This document shows positions 23,201 to 34,126 of a stretch of 64,000 nucleotides of DNA, in pieces. Origin of the DNA: Macrostomum hystrix. Lineage: Eukaryota; Animalia; Platyhelminthes. The position numbers were made by a program, and so were the translations under genes. Position 1 is the first letter of the stretch; every line of letters begins with the position of its first letter. Location of the stretch: positions 806,001 through 870,000 of the forward strand of contig CATNEN010000027.1 of the NCBI GenBank assembly GCA_950097015.1, written 5' to 3'. The notes under the pieces were generated by a model. It saw nothing but the letters and a program-made list of their open reading frames with translations, had not been told where the DNA came from and made no database searches.

Positions 23201-24093
23201 CAGGTATGCCCTGAGACGGATCCGGTACCCGGAGACGATCTCAAACCAGGCGTTTGAGCGGAAAACAAAAACTCCAGAGACTTCTTGACCATGCTCTCCG
23301 AAGACAAGGCCGAGGCGAGGCCAACCCGCTGGCGATGACTGACGATCTTCATCCGCCGCGCGACACGCTTAGGCCCTGGCACTGGAGAAACTACATTCGT
23401 CCAGACCTACCTGAACGACCTCGAGGCAATGGGCATGGTCGCCATTGTGGCTGTCGTCCGCCCGTCGCAACTGTTTCGCGAACGTCTGTGCTCTAGGGAC
23501 TCTTCGTCCTAGCGTCTAGTGCTACTACAATTCGCTAATTTGCTGATACTTCTTGGACGCAACCATTAGTTAGCAAAAAAATCACAAAGTCCTTTAATTT
23601 GCCGTTTCTTTCCTCCTCCGTTTGGAATATCTTTGAAGTCCATACGCCACTTTTCAGCACGAGTACACGGAAAAGGCCCACGCTGCGAACGGCAAAGATC
23701 GTAATTAGCTTCCAATTAGTAACTCCTGAACTCAGGATGTCATAGTAATTTCTCTTCGCTTTGAAGTCCGGCAATGCTTTAGATTCCATTTGTATACTGT
23801 CGAAATTTAGTTGAGGAGATCAACTACTACAGCTGCCGTATAATAGACCTGAAATAAAGGCCATATTTGGTGACGAATTTGATTAAATAATTCAACACAA
23901 GAGCTGATACCCTTTAAGGAGATAAGAAAGTTGAATTTTAAAGCGGCAAAGTGATTTTTTATAGTTTAGAATGATTTTATTAAAATGACTAAGACTTAGT
24001 AAAAGTACTTAGGACTTTGTTTCAGTAAAGGCTACTTTAATTATAAATTTGTCTTTAAACCCAGATCTTGTATTTTTAAGTCGAATTAAATTG

Positions 24094-24099
24094 TTTATT
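24094..24099 (-). terminator. Candidate polyadenylation signal (AATAAA) of the peptide precursor gene
   Basis: AATAAA on the minus strand about 150 bp after the stop codon at 24251. Confidence 0.45.
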
Positions 24100-24250
24100 T
24101 TTGTTCTTTAATCATCGCGAATAAGAAAAGTTACAACAATAAACTCGCAAGTTCTGCCTGTTAGAAATAAAAAGTTTGTGTTTGAGTAGAACTGAGTATA
24201 GTGAGCAAGTCCGGTCCGTTTCCAGTTGCCAGCGGCTCAGCAGCATCTGC

Positions 24251-24505
24251 CTACTTGCCAGGGATCGGCAGCATGCGGTAGACCCTGTAGACCGACTTGG
24301 CGACGCGCCACACACGCTTCCACCGGATTCGCCACTTCTTCTGCAGCTCCGCGGCCTTCTCCGCTGTCAATTCCGACTCGTCCAGGTCAGCCAGGGCCTC
24401 AAGGACCTGCAGCGACTCCGCGTCTTCCTCCGACATCTCCTGGCTGGGTCTGGCGGCTGCCAGGGCTGCGCAGAGCAGGAGTCCGAGAGCAAACTGCCAC
24501 TTCAT
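24251..24505 (-). CDS. Secreted peptide precursor (signal peptide + acidic propiece + cationic Trp/Arg-rich peptide + GK amidation signal); putative antimicrobial peptide, 84 aa, single exon
   Basis: MKWQFALGLLLCAALAAA | RPSQEMSEEDAESLQVLEALADLDESELTAEKAAELQ | KK WRIRWKRVWRVAKSVYRVYRMLPIP GK*. A TATAAA lies about 95 bp upstream. Confidence 0.85.
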   Translation of the reverse strand: MKWQFALGLLLCAALAAARPSQEMSEEDAESLQVLEALADLDESELTAEKAAELQKKWRIRWKRVWRVAKSVYRVYRMLPIPGK

Positions 24506-24598
24506 GCTTGTGTCGCTGTTTGTCGCTTGATGAAGCAGGTTGAGAAGCTGAGAGCTGCACTTGGCTTGGAGGTCCACCCAGCATCGAGATGACTCGAA

Positions 24599-24604
24599 TT
24601 TATA
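24599..24604 (-). promoter_or_regulatory. TATA box candidate of the peptide precursor gene
   Basis: GTGTATAAATTC on the minus strand, about 95 bp upstream of the ATG at 24505. Confidence 0.55.
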
Positions 24605-24980
24605 CACTCCAAATCGACACGTTTTTCCGGGCATGGAAATTCATCGAGCCTTTGGTCTCACATGCTGCACAGCAGAGCGACCCGCTGCTGCTTTCCTTTT
24701 CCTATTCAAGCCGTGTTCTCTTGACACTGAGGTAGAGTAGCTCCTACAATTAGGTTCATTGTGTGAGATGAGTGTCAAGATTAAAGGAATTTGTGTCTTA
24801 ACTTACTTAGTGAAAATGAATAGTGTGATTACCTGCTATCTGTTGCTTGACCTTGAGCAAAGCTTGCAAGAAGATACAGATTCCATTCTATTGTGTAATA
24901 GTGAGGCATTATGTAAGCCATGAGCTTTGAACTACAACTTAGCAAAGTCAACTGACCCTTTTCCAAATCAGAGTTTTATA

Positions 24981-25400
24981 ACAACAACAACAAATTACAG
25001 CTACCCCGGCATGTGCCGAAGGTGGGTAACTGTCAAAATGCGCGCGCAAGCGCAGCGTTTCGCAGAATTGTCACTCCACGGGGGTCGGAGATACCAGCGT
25101 CCGACAGAAGCAGGTCGACGTAGCGCACTGTCCTCGCCTGGCCACGCCGCCGCGGTCCCTGCAGGGAAAGCAACAGTACATCCTGCAGGGGCTCTGGGCA
25201 GCGCTGCTCCGCTCGAAAGACGTGTCCGGCCAGCTGCAGGCGCCGGGATCGCAGTAGCTGGCTTGGTCGACGGAGCTGGGCTCGGCGGTACAATTCATCG
25301 TTGGTGACAATGGTGGCGGTGTTCGGCGAGTAGTGGATCCCGAAGGCGGCGCGCAGGAGAGCTGCGTGTGCGGCGTCCAACTGCCGCTCCTGCGAGCTGG
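24981..25400 (-). mobile_element. 5'-truncated RTE LINE insertion (3' end) with 13-bp TSD
   Basis: ORF LTSSQERQLDAAHAALLRAAF..RRLQLAGHVFRAE..RRGQART..*. (TTG)n tail. TSD TCAGAGTTTTATA at 24968-24980 and 25401-25413. Confidence 0.92.
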
Positions 25401-26083
25401 TCAGAGTTTTATATAAAATCCGATTGCCTATCTATTTGACGTATATTGACACAATTGACACAATTGACACAACGGCTTCTTCTAAGTATGGAATCTGTTG
25501 TCTATGGCTCAGACAGTCTGCATTCCAAGCTCAGAAAATCATTTAATGGTCCCCTGGACAACCAGATTTCTAAAATATAAAATACGATTGCTTATTTAAT
25601 CGTTAAAAAATTGTACTATTCTTTTTTTGTCTATGGTCGGAATCAAATGGTCTAAACCTATATGTCTATCAATCAGATGGGATGCCCCCGAAGAATAAGC
25701 AATCGAATTTCATATATGATAAATGCCGTTTAATTCATCATAGTCTACGAGGTTACGAGTCTACGAGTCTACGTGTCTCGTATGGTTAGAATATCCTCGG
25801 CTGCAATAAAAAAAGTAATAAGGATGCAAAACACGGCTTGTAAGCCTAATACACTGTAATCTCTTTTAGAGCATTATTTGCACAGGTTTGCCTCTAAGAC
25901 CTCGAAGAGCTGACAGCTTAACATCTTTAATTACTATTCAAGCGTATAGTTTCAGTGCGAAGGTTCGATGCACAGCATTTAGTGCGATAGCTAGAGCTAT
26001 AGTTAGCGGTTTACTGCTTGACAACGGTAAACTGACAACAAAGATCGTCACAATAGAGCAATCTGCAATCTTGAACTCCGGAC

Positions 26084-27196
26084 TCATCCGAAGCGATCGT
26101 CGGGCCGAAGAAACCGCTGCATCTCGATGGCTTCGTTGCTGCCGCAGCCTGCCTCGGCGCGCAGCCGATCGTGCCTGCGCTGTGGCGGCCGGCTGTGGTG
26201 ATCGTGGCAGCGATTGCGTCCAACTGAACGACTGTACCGAGTCAGCAGGAAGAAGTTCAGGCAGGAGTCCATGGGCTGAAACACGCCGCCCCAGTTCGTG
26301 AAGTGCTCCAGTAGGTGCAGCGTCTCCGGATTCAGGCCGGGACCGCCCAGACCCTGCAGGACGTAGCCAGCAGTGATCACGTAGCAGAGAGCGAAGGGGA
26401 ACTCCAGCAGGACGAAGCCGCCGGCCATCAGCAGGACCATTTTGCTGGCTCGCTTGCTGCAGCTGTGATGTGCGTACCGGACCCGCAGGCTGTATGCAAT
26501 GCGGCAGGTAAGAATCAGGATGGCCAGGCCTGGCAGCAGAACTCCGAAACAGGCAAAGCTCAGGTATCGCCTTAGCTCCGCCCTCACAGCCGACAGCGCT
26601 GTCGCCTTCGCTGTTTCATTCCCAGTCTTATTCACCTCTTCGGTGTTGTCGGAACCGACGTCTGCGACGCTACCACCAAGGTCGACACCGCCAAGCACAA
26701 CGGCTGCTAGGATGGACAGGCCAATAAGTACCGCAGCTTGGGCGCGCCTGCCAGTCACCGCGACAGTGCAGGAGGGGCGCAGGAGCGCAGCGGCTCGGTA
26801 GACAGTCACGCACAGAAGCCAGTGATTGCGCACAGTTTGAGCGCCGTGCAACACAAGGCCCGCCCGCGGCGGCAGATCGTGCTGGCTGGTGAGGTAGCCG
26901 GCCAGCAAACAGTTCAGCCCCACCTCAAGCCCGGTGAGGGCGGGTACACCGCTGGCTCCCTCGCGGCTCGTGGAAGGCAGAGACGGACTTCCGCGTTGAC
27001 CACCTCGACGCCGACGGAAACTTTCGCCGACAGAGAGAAGGGCGGCCAAGGCGGCTGCGTTCAGGGCGCAGGCGAGGCAGCTCAGACCCAGCGTCATGCC
27101 GAAGGCAGCGGCCTCCAGCGCTGCGGGACCGTTGCTGCCGACACCGACGCCAAGTCCGTTTCCAATGACATCACTTTGACTCTCGTTTAGCTTCAT
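26084..27196 (-). CDS. Orphan class A (rhodopsin-like) GPCR, single exon, 370 aa
   Basis: N-terminal NES sequon and several hydrophobic helices. TM3 ends LCVTVYRAAALLRP (DRY-equivalent), TM6 SKMVLLMAGGFVLLEFP, TM7 MDSCLNFFLL. Confidence 0.85.
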   Translation of the reverse strand: MKLNESQSDVIGNGLGVGVGSNGPAALEAAAFGMTLGLSCLACALNAAALAALLSVGESFRRRRGGQRGSPSLPSTSREGASGVPALTGLEVGLNCLLAGYLTSQHDLPPRAGLVLHGAQTVRNHWLLCVTVYRAAALLRPSCTVAVTGRRAQAAVLIGLSILAAVVLGGVDLGGSVADVGSDNTEEVNKTGNETAKATALSAVRAELRRYLSFACFGVLLPGLAILILTCRIAYSLRVRYAHHSCSKRASKMVLLMAGGFVLLEFPFALCYVITAGYVLQGLGGPGLNPETLHLLEHFTNWGGVFQPMDSCLNFFLLTRYSRSVGRNRCHDHHSRPPQRRHDRLRAEAGCGSNEAIEMQRFLRPDDRFG

Positions 27197-28220
27197 TATG
27201 CCCAGCAGTCAGAGGGTTATTCAGAATTTTTAGCTGCTTACAGACTCCTAAAAATGCCACAATCTGACTTGCTTAGCGCGGCTTTTATCTCCAACGCAGA
27301 TAGGTAAGGTAGCATTGCGTCAGGGGAGCGAGATTTGCAAATCGGTTTGGTGAGAAATGTGGGGAATGATTCGCAGCCAATCAGAGAGAGCCATTGCGAT
27401 GCGATTTGCTTGTGAGGGCCCTACTTCATCAACCATTTACCTGGAAGTTTTCTCTGACAGATTTGTGTCATTTTCTTGCTCAACTGCACTAATTAGATGA
27501 AGGAATGATAGTGTGCCTGTTAGATCAAGCCTCGGGTTCTCTCTTAGAGGCGATTAAGTCGCAATTCCCGATGTCTGAGTGAAAGGGCACTGAGTCACGA
27601 TCGCTGTTGATAAAAACAGGCTTGTTTTTTTGCTGCATGCCTGGCTATCACATTATAGAATACTCGACCTTTATGCTTGATTAACGATACATATTCATCG
27701 TTGACAGTGAGAGAATTCGAGGCTGATCATTAGTGGGCAGGTTGCTTCCGAGACTGACACAGACATCTGCCAGCGCTTCGAACAGAAATTCAGAGAAAAT
27801 GCGGACTGAATGCATGATACTTTTTGCTTAGGTCAACTTGGAGTGTGCCGACTGTCAGAGCGTGTGTACTGTACCGTTGCTTGTGCACTTGAATTAAAGC
27901 AAAAGAACTGAACGAGAAGCTGTCGATACGGCTCTTTTCAGTGAAGATTTTTCCGTCCATTGTCATTCATAGAAATTCTCACTTCTACATACGAGGTATC
28001 CTCCCGATCATCATAGTCGTATTGTCTATGGCCAAATAAACTGATTACAAACTAGTATATTTTCAAACAATGACTGCAAGTTCGACGCATTGTCTGAATG
28101 TCATTTCTAAGTGAACATTTAAACGAATAGACATAAAAAATTTTAATACTAGAACTAGATGAATCTGGCAAAAAGGCATGTTGCTGTACACGCTTAATGG
28201 TAAAAGCAAAACCACTAGTA

Positions 28221-28590
28221 CAGGCGTAGGCAAACTTATTTGCTGGCGGGCCAAAGAGAGAACCTAAAAGACGACAGCGGGCCGCATTGACTGTATAAAT
28301 ATGAGATAGGGGAGAGATAAGACACGGGAGAGATGAGACACGGGAGAGATGAGACACGGGATAGATAAGACACGGGAGAGATGAGACACGGGAGAGATGA
28401 GACACGGGAGAGATGAGACACGGGAGAGATGAGACACGGGAGAGATGAGACACGGGAGAGATGAGACACGGGAGAGATGAGACACGAGTGAGATGAAACA
28501 GGACACTGTAGATGTCAGAAGGGGCAACGGGCCGGATTTGGGAGCTTCGAAGGCCGCATCTGGCCCGCGTGCGGAGTTTGCCGACCCCTG
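28221..28590. mobile_element. Non-autonomous hAT (Charlie-like) MITE containing a 16-bp minisatellite (28302-28500)
   Basis: TIRs CAGGCGTAGGCAAAC / GTTTGCCGACCCCTG and a perfect 8-bp TSD CACTAGTA (28213-28220, 28591-28598). Confidence 0.92.
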
Positions 28591-29952
28591 CACTAGTACA
28601 TTATTGCAAAGTTAAAAAAAACTTTTTTTGCCGCATAAACACCTAATGCTATGTTTGCACCTGCAATAACAGCAATTAAATCATCCTTTGTAATCTGATC
28701 CATGAAGGCTTCATCGGCCTTTTGATCGGCCATTATATTACAAGCGCTATCGACTTAATTATATAGCACATAGAATCAGACTGCGGATACGGATAGCATT
28801 GAAATAAAAATCTGACGTGATGTTTATGAATGGCTCCAATTTTTCTTCTGTATTAGATTTCGTAACCGACTTAACTCTTGTTAAACAATAAATTGTTCAC
28901 TTCACTGTTAAGTTTATTTCAGTAGTGAAATGAATTAACGAGTTCCGGGCATACAGCTGGGTTTAAAGCTAAGGCTGAATTGCCGGGAGAAATGCATGGA
29001 TTCAGGTTATCCGATCAGTTGCTATGATATTCTACTCTATATTGTTTACATATGAAGGGCTTCTCTTAAAATAGGATGGGATTCAACTGAATGACCCTGA
29101 ATTCCCACTTTACCGTAGGATAAGCACTACGTAAAGCTATAAAACCCTTTAATCCCTTTAGTCTCCGGGAAATTCACACATTGTAGCACCCAAAATACAT
29201 AACGAAGAATGCCATGATAGCAAATACTACGAGTACTTTAAACGCATACTAAAGGTTTCCTTTAAGGATTTTTCTTGAAATTCTAAAATCGTTTACGACA
29301 AAATTTACACTTTTAAATAAGGCACTCGTCACTTACACTGTCGAAATTTATGAGAGGTCTGTCAAGAGACCATGTAAAAATTGTTTCGCACGTAATTGCC
29401 ACGCAACTGTATCTGCATGTATTATTAATTAATAAATGAATTATTTAATATTAATTATTAATAACTTAAGCTTAACCCTTCAGTGTCTCCATTAAAGTGC
29501 TTAGCCTCAGTATAATCATTTTAAGCCGTTTAAAGTTTATTTCTATTATCTAATCATCATTGCGTCGATGACGATGTCACTAGTAGAAGTAGATATAAAA
29601 AATATTAATAGTACTAGTATTATGTAGGCAAAACTGTTAGTAATAGTAGTAATAGACCTAGCTAGACTTAGAATTATAAGTACCATGCACAGAACGCAAC
29701 GCATAATAAAATTTTCATGGTCCAATGTAAATACTAAAATAGCAAGTGTTTTTAAATAGGGCTTAATTGAGAATTAGTCCCTTTGGGCCCTAAGCTAGGC
29801 TTAATTAAAAATATATGGCCCTAGTACTACTACTCAACTAGGCCCTACTGTACTATAATTATAGATATAAAGGGCTTCTTGAACTAAATGCTATAAAATG
29901 CTTTAGGTTTTCTAACAAACTTTAAATAGAAAAAATTGCCATTGAAACTTCA

Positions 29953-30378
29953 GATCCTAGACACTTCGTCATCTTACAACTTCGTCATCCACTTGGAAGG
30001 TAGGACACTTCGTCATCCAGCCAATTGGCATGCTTTAAAGTTTGGTCAGTTCGTCATCTACTAGGCCTAATAACAAACAATCAAGTTCGTCATTAATAAA
30101 GTGAGAGTGGGGTGGTGGGGCAGAGGTGTGAACACACTTCACACTCTAAATTGTCAAAAAGAGGTGTCAAAACTGATTTCATAAGAGTTTATGGATAGGT
30201 GCCAACACGATGTGAGGAGGTGGGGAGGGTGGTTCTGTTCTAACTTTGAAAGCTTTTGTTTTATAGTCTATGACAAAGTGTCCACAAGTCTAAGTCTCTT
30301 TGTCATCCACCCTCTGAGATATTGGATAAATTGTCACCTGGATGACGAAGTTGTAAGATGACAAAGTGTCCAGGTACC
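29953..30378. mobile_element. Non-autonomous TIR element, MULE-like
   Basis: ~37-bp TIRs (CCTAGACACTTCGTCATCTTACAACTTCGTCATCC and its near reverse complement). Flanking 9-mers GAAACTTCA / AAAACTTCA match at 8 of 9 positions. Confidence 0.7.
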
Positions 30379-33036
30379 AAAACTTCACCTAGGCCTACAA
30401 TCTTCTAATAGTATGCTATGACCCACTAGAAGACACTAGGTTGTTGACAGACTATCTTTTATAAGTTTTTAGCTTGCCTGTGGCTGTAACTTAAAAATGT
30501 GTGTGTAAAGTAATTAGGCCTAGTACAAGTTTGCTTTTAGTTTTTATGAAAAAGAAATTAAAGCTCTTGGTTTGCCTTCTTTTATGAACAATAGGAGTTT
30601 TATATTGCACAAATGTAGTTGTTGCTGTCATTGTCATTGTCATGGTGACTCCTCAGACATATTTGGATACCCACTAAAAAGTCCTTAGGCAGTTAAGCTT
30701 AGGCCTAACCTATAATAATAGTATTAATCTTCAATAGGTCCTGGTTTGTGTCACATTAGTGACATTTTACCACGTGGTAAAATGTTGCTAACGTGTTGGT
30801 GTCTATTGAAATTTAATCCTATTTATTATTCACTGAGAATTTAGGCCTACCTAACCCAAAACCCTTCAATCACCATGTCCTTTTTAGTGTGGTATTCTTA
30901 TATATTGCCATATTGGGGTCCCTGCAAAAGCCTTTAGTCGAAAGGCTAACCAATTATTAATATATGTAATCTTTGTTGCAGGCCTCTTTCTATGTTCTTA
31001 CTAAACTCTATTTCCAATAATGCGAATCCCACTGCTGTTACCAAAGTTGTCCTAGGGCTTCTCTCTATTCAATACAATGTCACCAAAGTTGTTGTAGGGC
31101 TGATTTAATCCTACCAAAGTTGTACTAATATTTAATATGCCACCAAAGTTGTTACAGGCTTCTACACTTTTTATTCACTTTATTCAAGTACTGTCTCTAT
31201 GTCAATCTTATAAATATCTTTAATTATTCGCTTTATTTATTTCTTATCTCAATTCAAATTGGTAGTGTTTAGGTATTCAAATATGGTAGCGCTATATATT
31301 CAATCTGGTAGCGTTTAAAATATGGCCAGTATTTATCTCCTCTATTTGTTTACTTAAAACTTTTTCTATATCAGTCTTTATTCGTCTTTATCCGTTTTTA
31401 TCACTCTTCAATTACTCTTCAATTTCAGTCTTAAATTCAATCTTTAATTCAGTCTTTAATTCAGTCTTTCATTCAGTCTTCAATTCAATCTTCAGTTCAG
31501 TCTTTCAGTCCGTCTTGGGCTTTCCAGTGGATCTAGAGTTACAGCTATTCTCCACTCTGTTTACTTTTCTTTTGCAATGTCTCTTTCAAATAACTCTTTA
31601 ACACGAACACTTAAAGATTCAAGCTTTCTTTATCAGAACGTATGTGCAGACAAAACGTTTTTTTCTCCCTGATTCTGCTCGTGTATTTATAGTAAAAACT
31701 TCCGCTACTCCTCACCTCCGCAACTTCATTAAAACCTTTATTTTTTGGTGCAGTTAAACAATAGGTGCATTTAAACAATTTTACACAAAGTCAAACAAAA
31801 TATAAAATTTTTGTGGGAAATTGAATTCTAAGTAATATACAAACAAAGCCCTATCTCATCTTTAATGGGCCATTGACTCTATTGAAGTTTAATCTTATTT
31901 ATTTGTCATTCTCCAATGCATAAAACACCCAACAAAAAATTACTTTGAAAATTCCTAATTCCTTGTATGCCACAAAGTGTGATCATCTTGTGATAAGGAA
32001 GCTATTCCATAGAAAGTGGTTCTAGATATAATAAAAAAGCTTTCTTTTTTTACTTAGGACTTCCCAAAACATTTATAGATGTAGATTTATGTATCTACTA
32101 AAACTAGAACTATTTTAAAGGATTAAAGGTTCAAAAAGCTTAATATAAAATGTTTTATAGCTTTAGTCCATGACTGTGTGTTTTTTGTGCGAATGGGTGC
32201 GAATAGCATCCTGGTCTTAAAAATTGCACCTTAAAATTTGACATTGGGTGAGGAAAGTGCATCATAATTATTTGCAAGGATGTGATTTAGATTTCACAAT
32301 TTAGTGTTATGGACATCTTAAGTCTGTAACGTAGAATTCTTAGAATTAGCCAGCAATTTTTTGAATCCTTATTTGATGTAATAAAAGGAATTGTCAACTG
32401 TCGATTAAATTTTGTTAAGCAGAACCTGATGTAGGGTTTTTTGTGCAAATGGGTGTGAATAGCATCCTTGTCTTGAAAATTGCACCCTGAAATCTAGCAC
32501 AGGGTGCGAAATTGTGCCCAAGTTATGGATAAAAAAACCTAGGTCTATGACTGTATCATAAGAACCATTATTTTCAACTTTACTTGAAATTTTATGTTTT
32601 TTTTTGAGATTCTGAAGTCCCTAAAGTTGTTGGCCTAATAAATCTCCAATCATATTTAATTTGTTCTCATATCACTATTCATAGGCTAGTCCATTAAAAT
32701 TCTACTACCTAGCTAGTTATGCAGCCATGCCCCTTTGAAGTACTGTTCTAGTAGTTGCTCTATGTCTAGTTTCCAGTCTTGGTCATAGGTCTGAACTCTG
32801 AATCAAATATCTCTTTTTTAAAGCTTTCTATTTATAGGGAACAGTAAGCATCCTTTATAGAAGCTTGATAGGTGTGCCTTATTTTTCTTTTTTTGATTAG
32901 AAAATTTTTTTGGGCCCTAGGTAACTTTTATAGTAATAGGCCTATTGCAAAATTATAATATTTCATGATTCAAAAGGCCCTAATAATATATTCTCTTATT
33001 TAAAAATGAAAAACTAACTACTTTACAGTGTTTTAG

Positions 33037-33354
33037 GTGTTGATCAAAACAATTTTCTATTTTTGTGCTCCTGGTGCAACTACATTTGGTATGAGGGTCC
33101 TACTTTTACATCAAGTCATTTCTTTAGTTACTACAGAAGTACCATCTACTACAACTGAAGCAGGAAAGCCTATGACAACTCTGACACCAGTCCCAGTATA
33201 TTATGACAGTTCAAATGACATACTGCATTTCTATGTGCATATTGCCCTCATTTTCACATTGTTTGCTATAGCAACAGCAATATTTGGATTTTCCATTTAT
33301 TATTTGGCATGTGGCAAGTCTTCATGTGACAAGAGACAAATCTTCCCTGTCTGA
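33037..33354 (+). CDS. Possible terminal exon(s) or small ORF of a single-pass membrane protein (Thr-rich stalk, TM helix, short tail)
   Basis: TTTEAGKPMTTLTP stalk followed by HIALIFTLFAIATAIFGFSIYYLA. Preceded by a TTTTAG acceptor. AT-rich codon usage differs from neighbouring genes. Confidence 0.3.
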   Translation: MLIKTIFYFCAPGATTFGMRVLLLHQVISLVTTEVPSTTTEAGKPMTTLTPVPVYYDSSNDILHFYVHIALIFTLFAIATAIFGFSIYYLACGKSSCDKRQIFPV

Positions 33355-33872
33355 TTACTTGACAAACTGTTGATCAATGTTGGATTTTACAACTGAAATA
33401 AATCTTGTACTAAGCTGATTCTCTATGTTAATGTATGATATTGCCAAAATTATCCATTTATAATTGCCCCAGTCATTGTTTTAAAGTCATGGCATGCTAG
33501 CCAAAAAAATAGTTTACTCACTTTTATGTATTTTTACAACAATAATGCATTTTAATATGTCCATTCAGTGACTTTTTGCTTTGAAAGCATTTTTAATATC
33601 TAAACTCCATTTGTTTTATTATAACTTCTTTTAAAACTTTCAATAGGCTCTAGTTTGTACTGTTGTATTACCCTACGATGTTTTTTTTGCAACTTCTAAG
33701 TAAATTTCCAAAACATTAACGAAAAATGATAAAAAGCTTTTGGTTGCCATCTTCTCTTTAGTCTTCAGCACTACTTTATCTGGCTTTGACTCACTTAGAC
33801 CCAAGTCTCCTTCAGCCCCAGCCATCTCCCTCAGCCTCCATAAGCTTAAATTATCACTTCCGTCAGAGTCTT

Positions 33873-34097
33873 TAGTTTGTTATCCCTTCCACCAGACTCT
33901 GTAGGCTGTTATCCCTTCCATCAGACTCTGTAGGCTGTTATCCCTTCCATCAGACTCTGTAGTTTGTTATCCCTTCCATCAGACTCTGTAGGCTGTTATC
34001 CCTTCCATCAGTCTCTGTAGGCTGTTATTCCTTCCATCAGTCTCTGTAGGCTGTTATCCCTTCCATCAGTCTCTGTAGGCTGTTATCCCTTCCATCC
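33873..34097. repeat. 29-bp minisatellite (CTCTGTAGGCTGTTATCCCTTCCATCAGA)n
   Basis: About 8 copies, ending just before the splice acceptor at 34110. Confidence 0.95.
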
Positions 34098-34126
34098 TAC
34101 TCTGATGCAGTCAGCCCCGCTTGAAA

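Noticed and set aside
23200-23500. Continuation of the RTE fragment or a separate coding exon
   Set aside because: GC-rich and exon-like, but no frame gave a motif I recognise.
24620-24650. NF-kB site upstream of the peptide gene (GGAAATTCA)
   Set aside because: Only a partial match to GGGRNNYYCC, and I cannot establish that the pathway exists in this organism.
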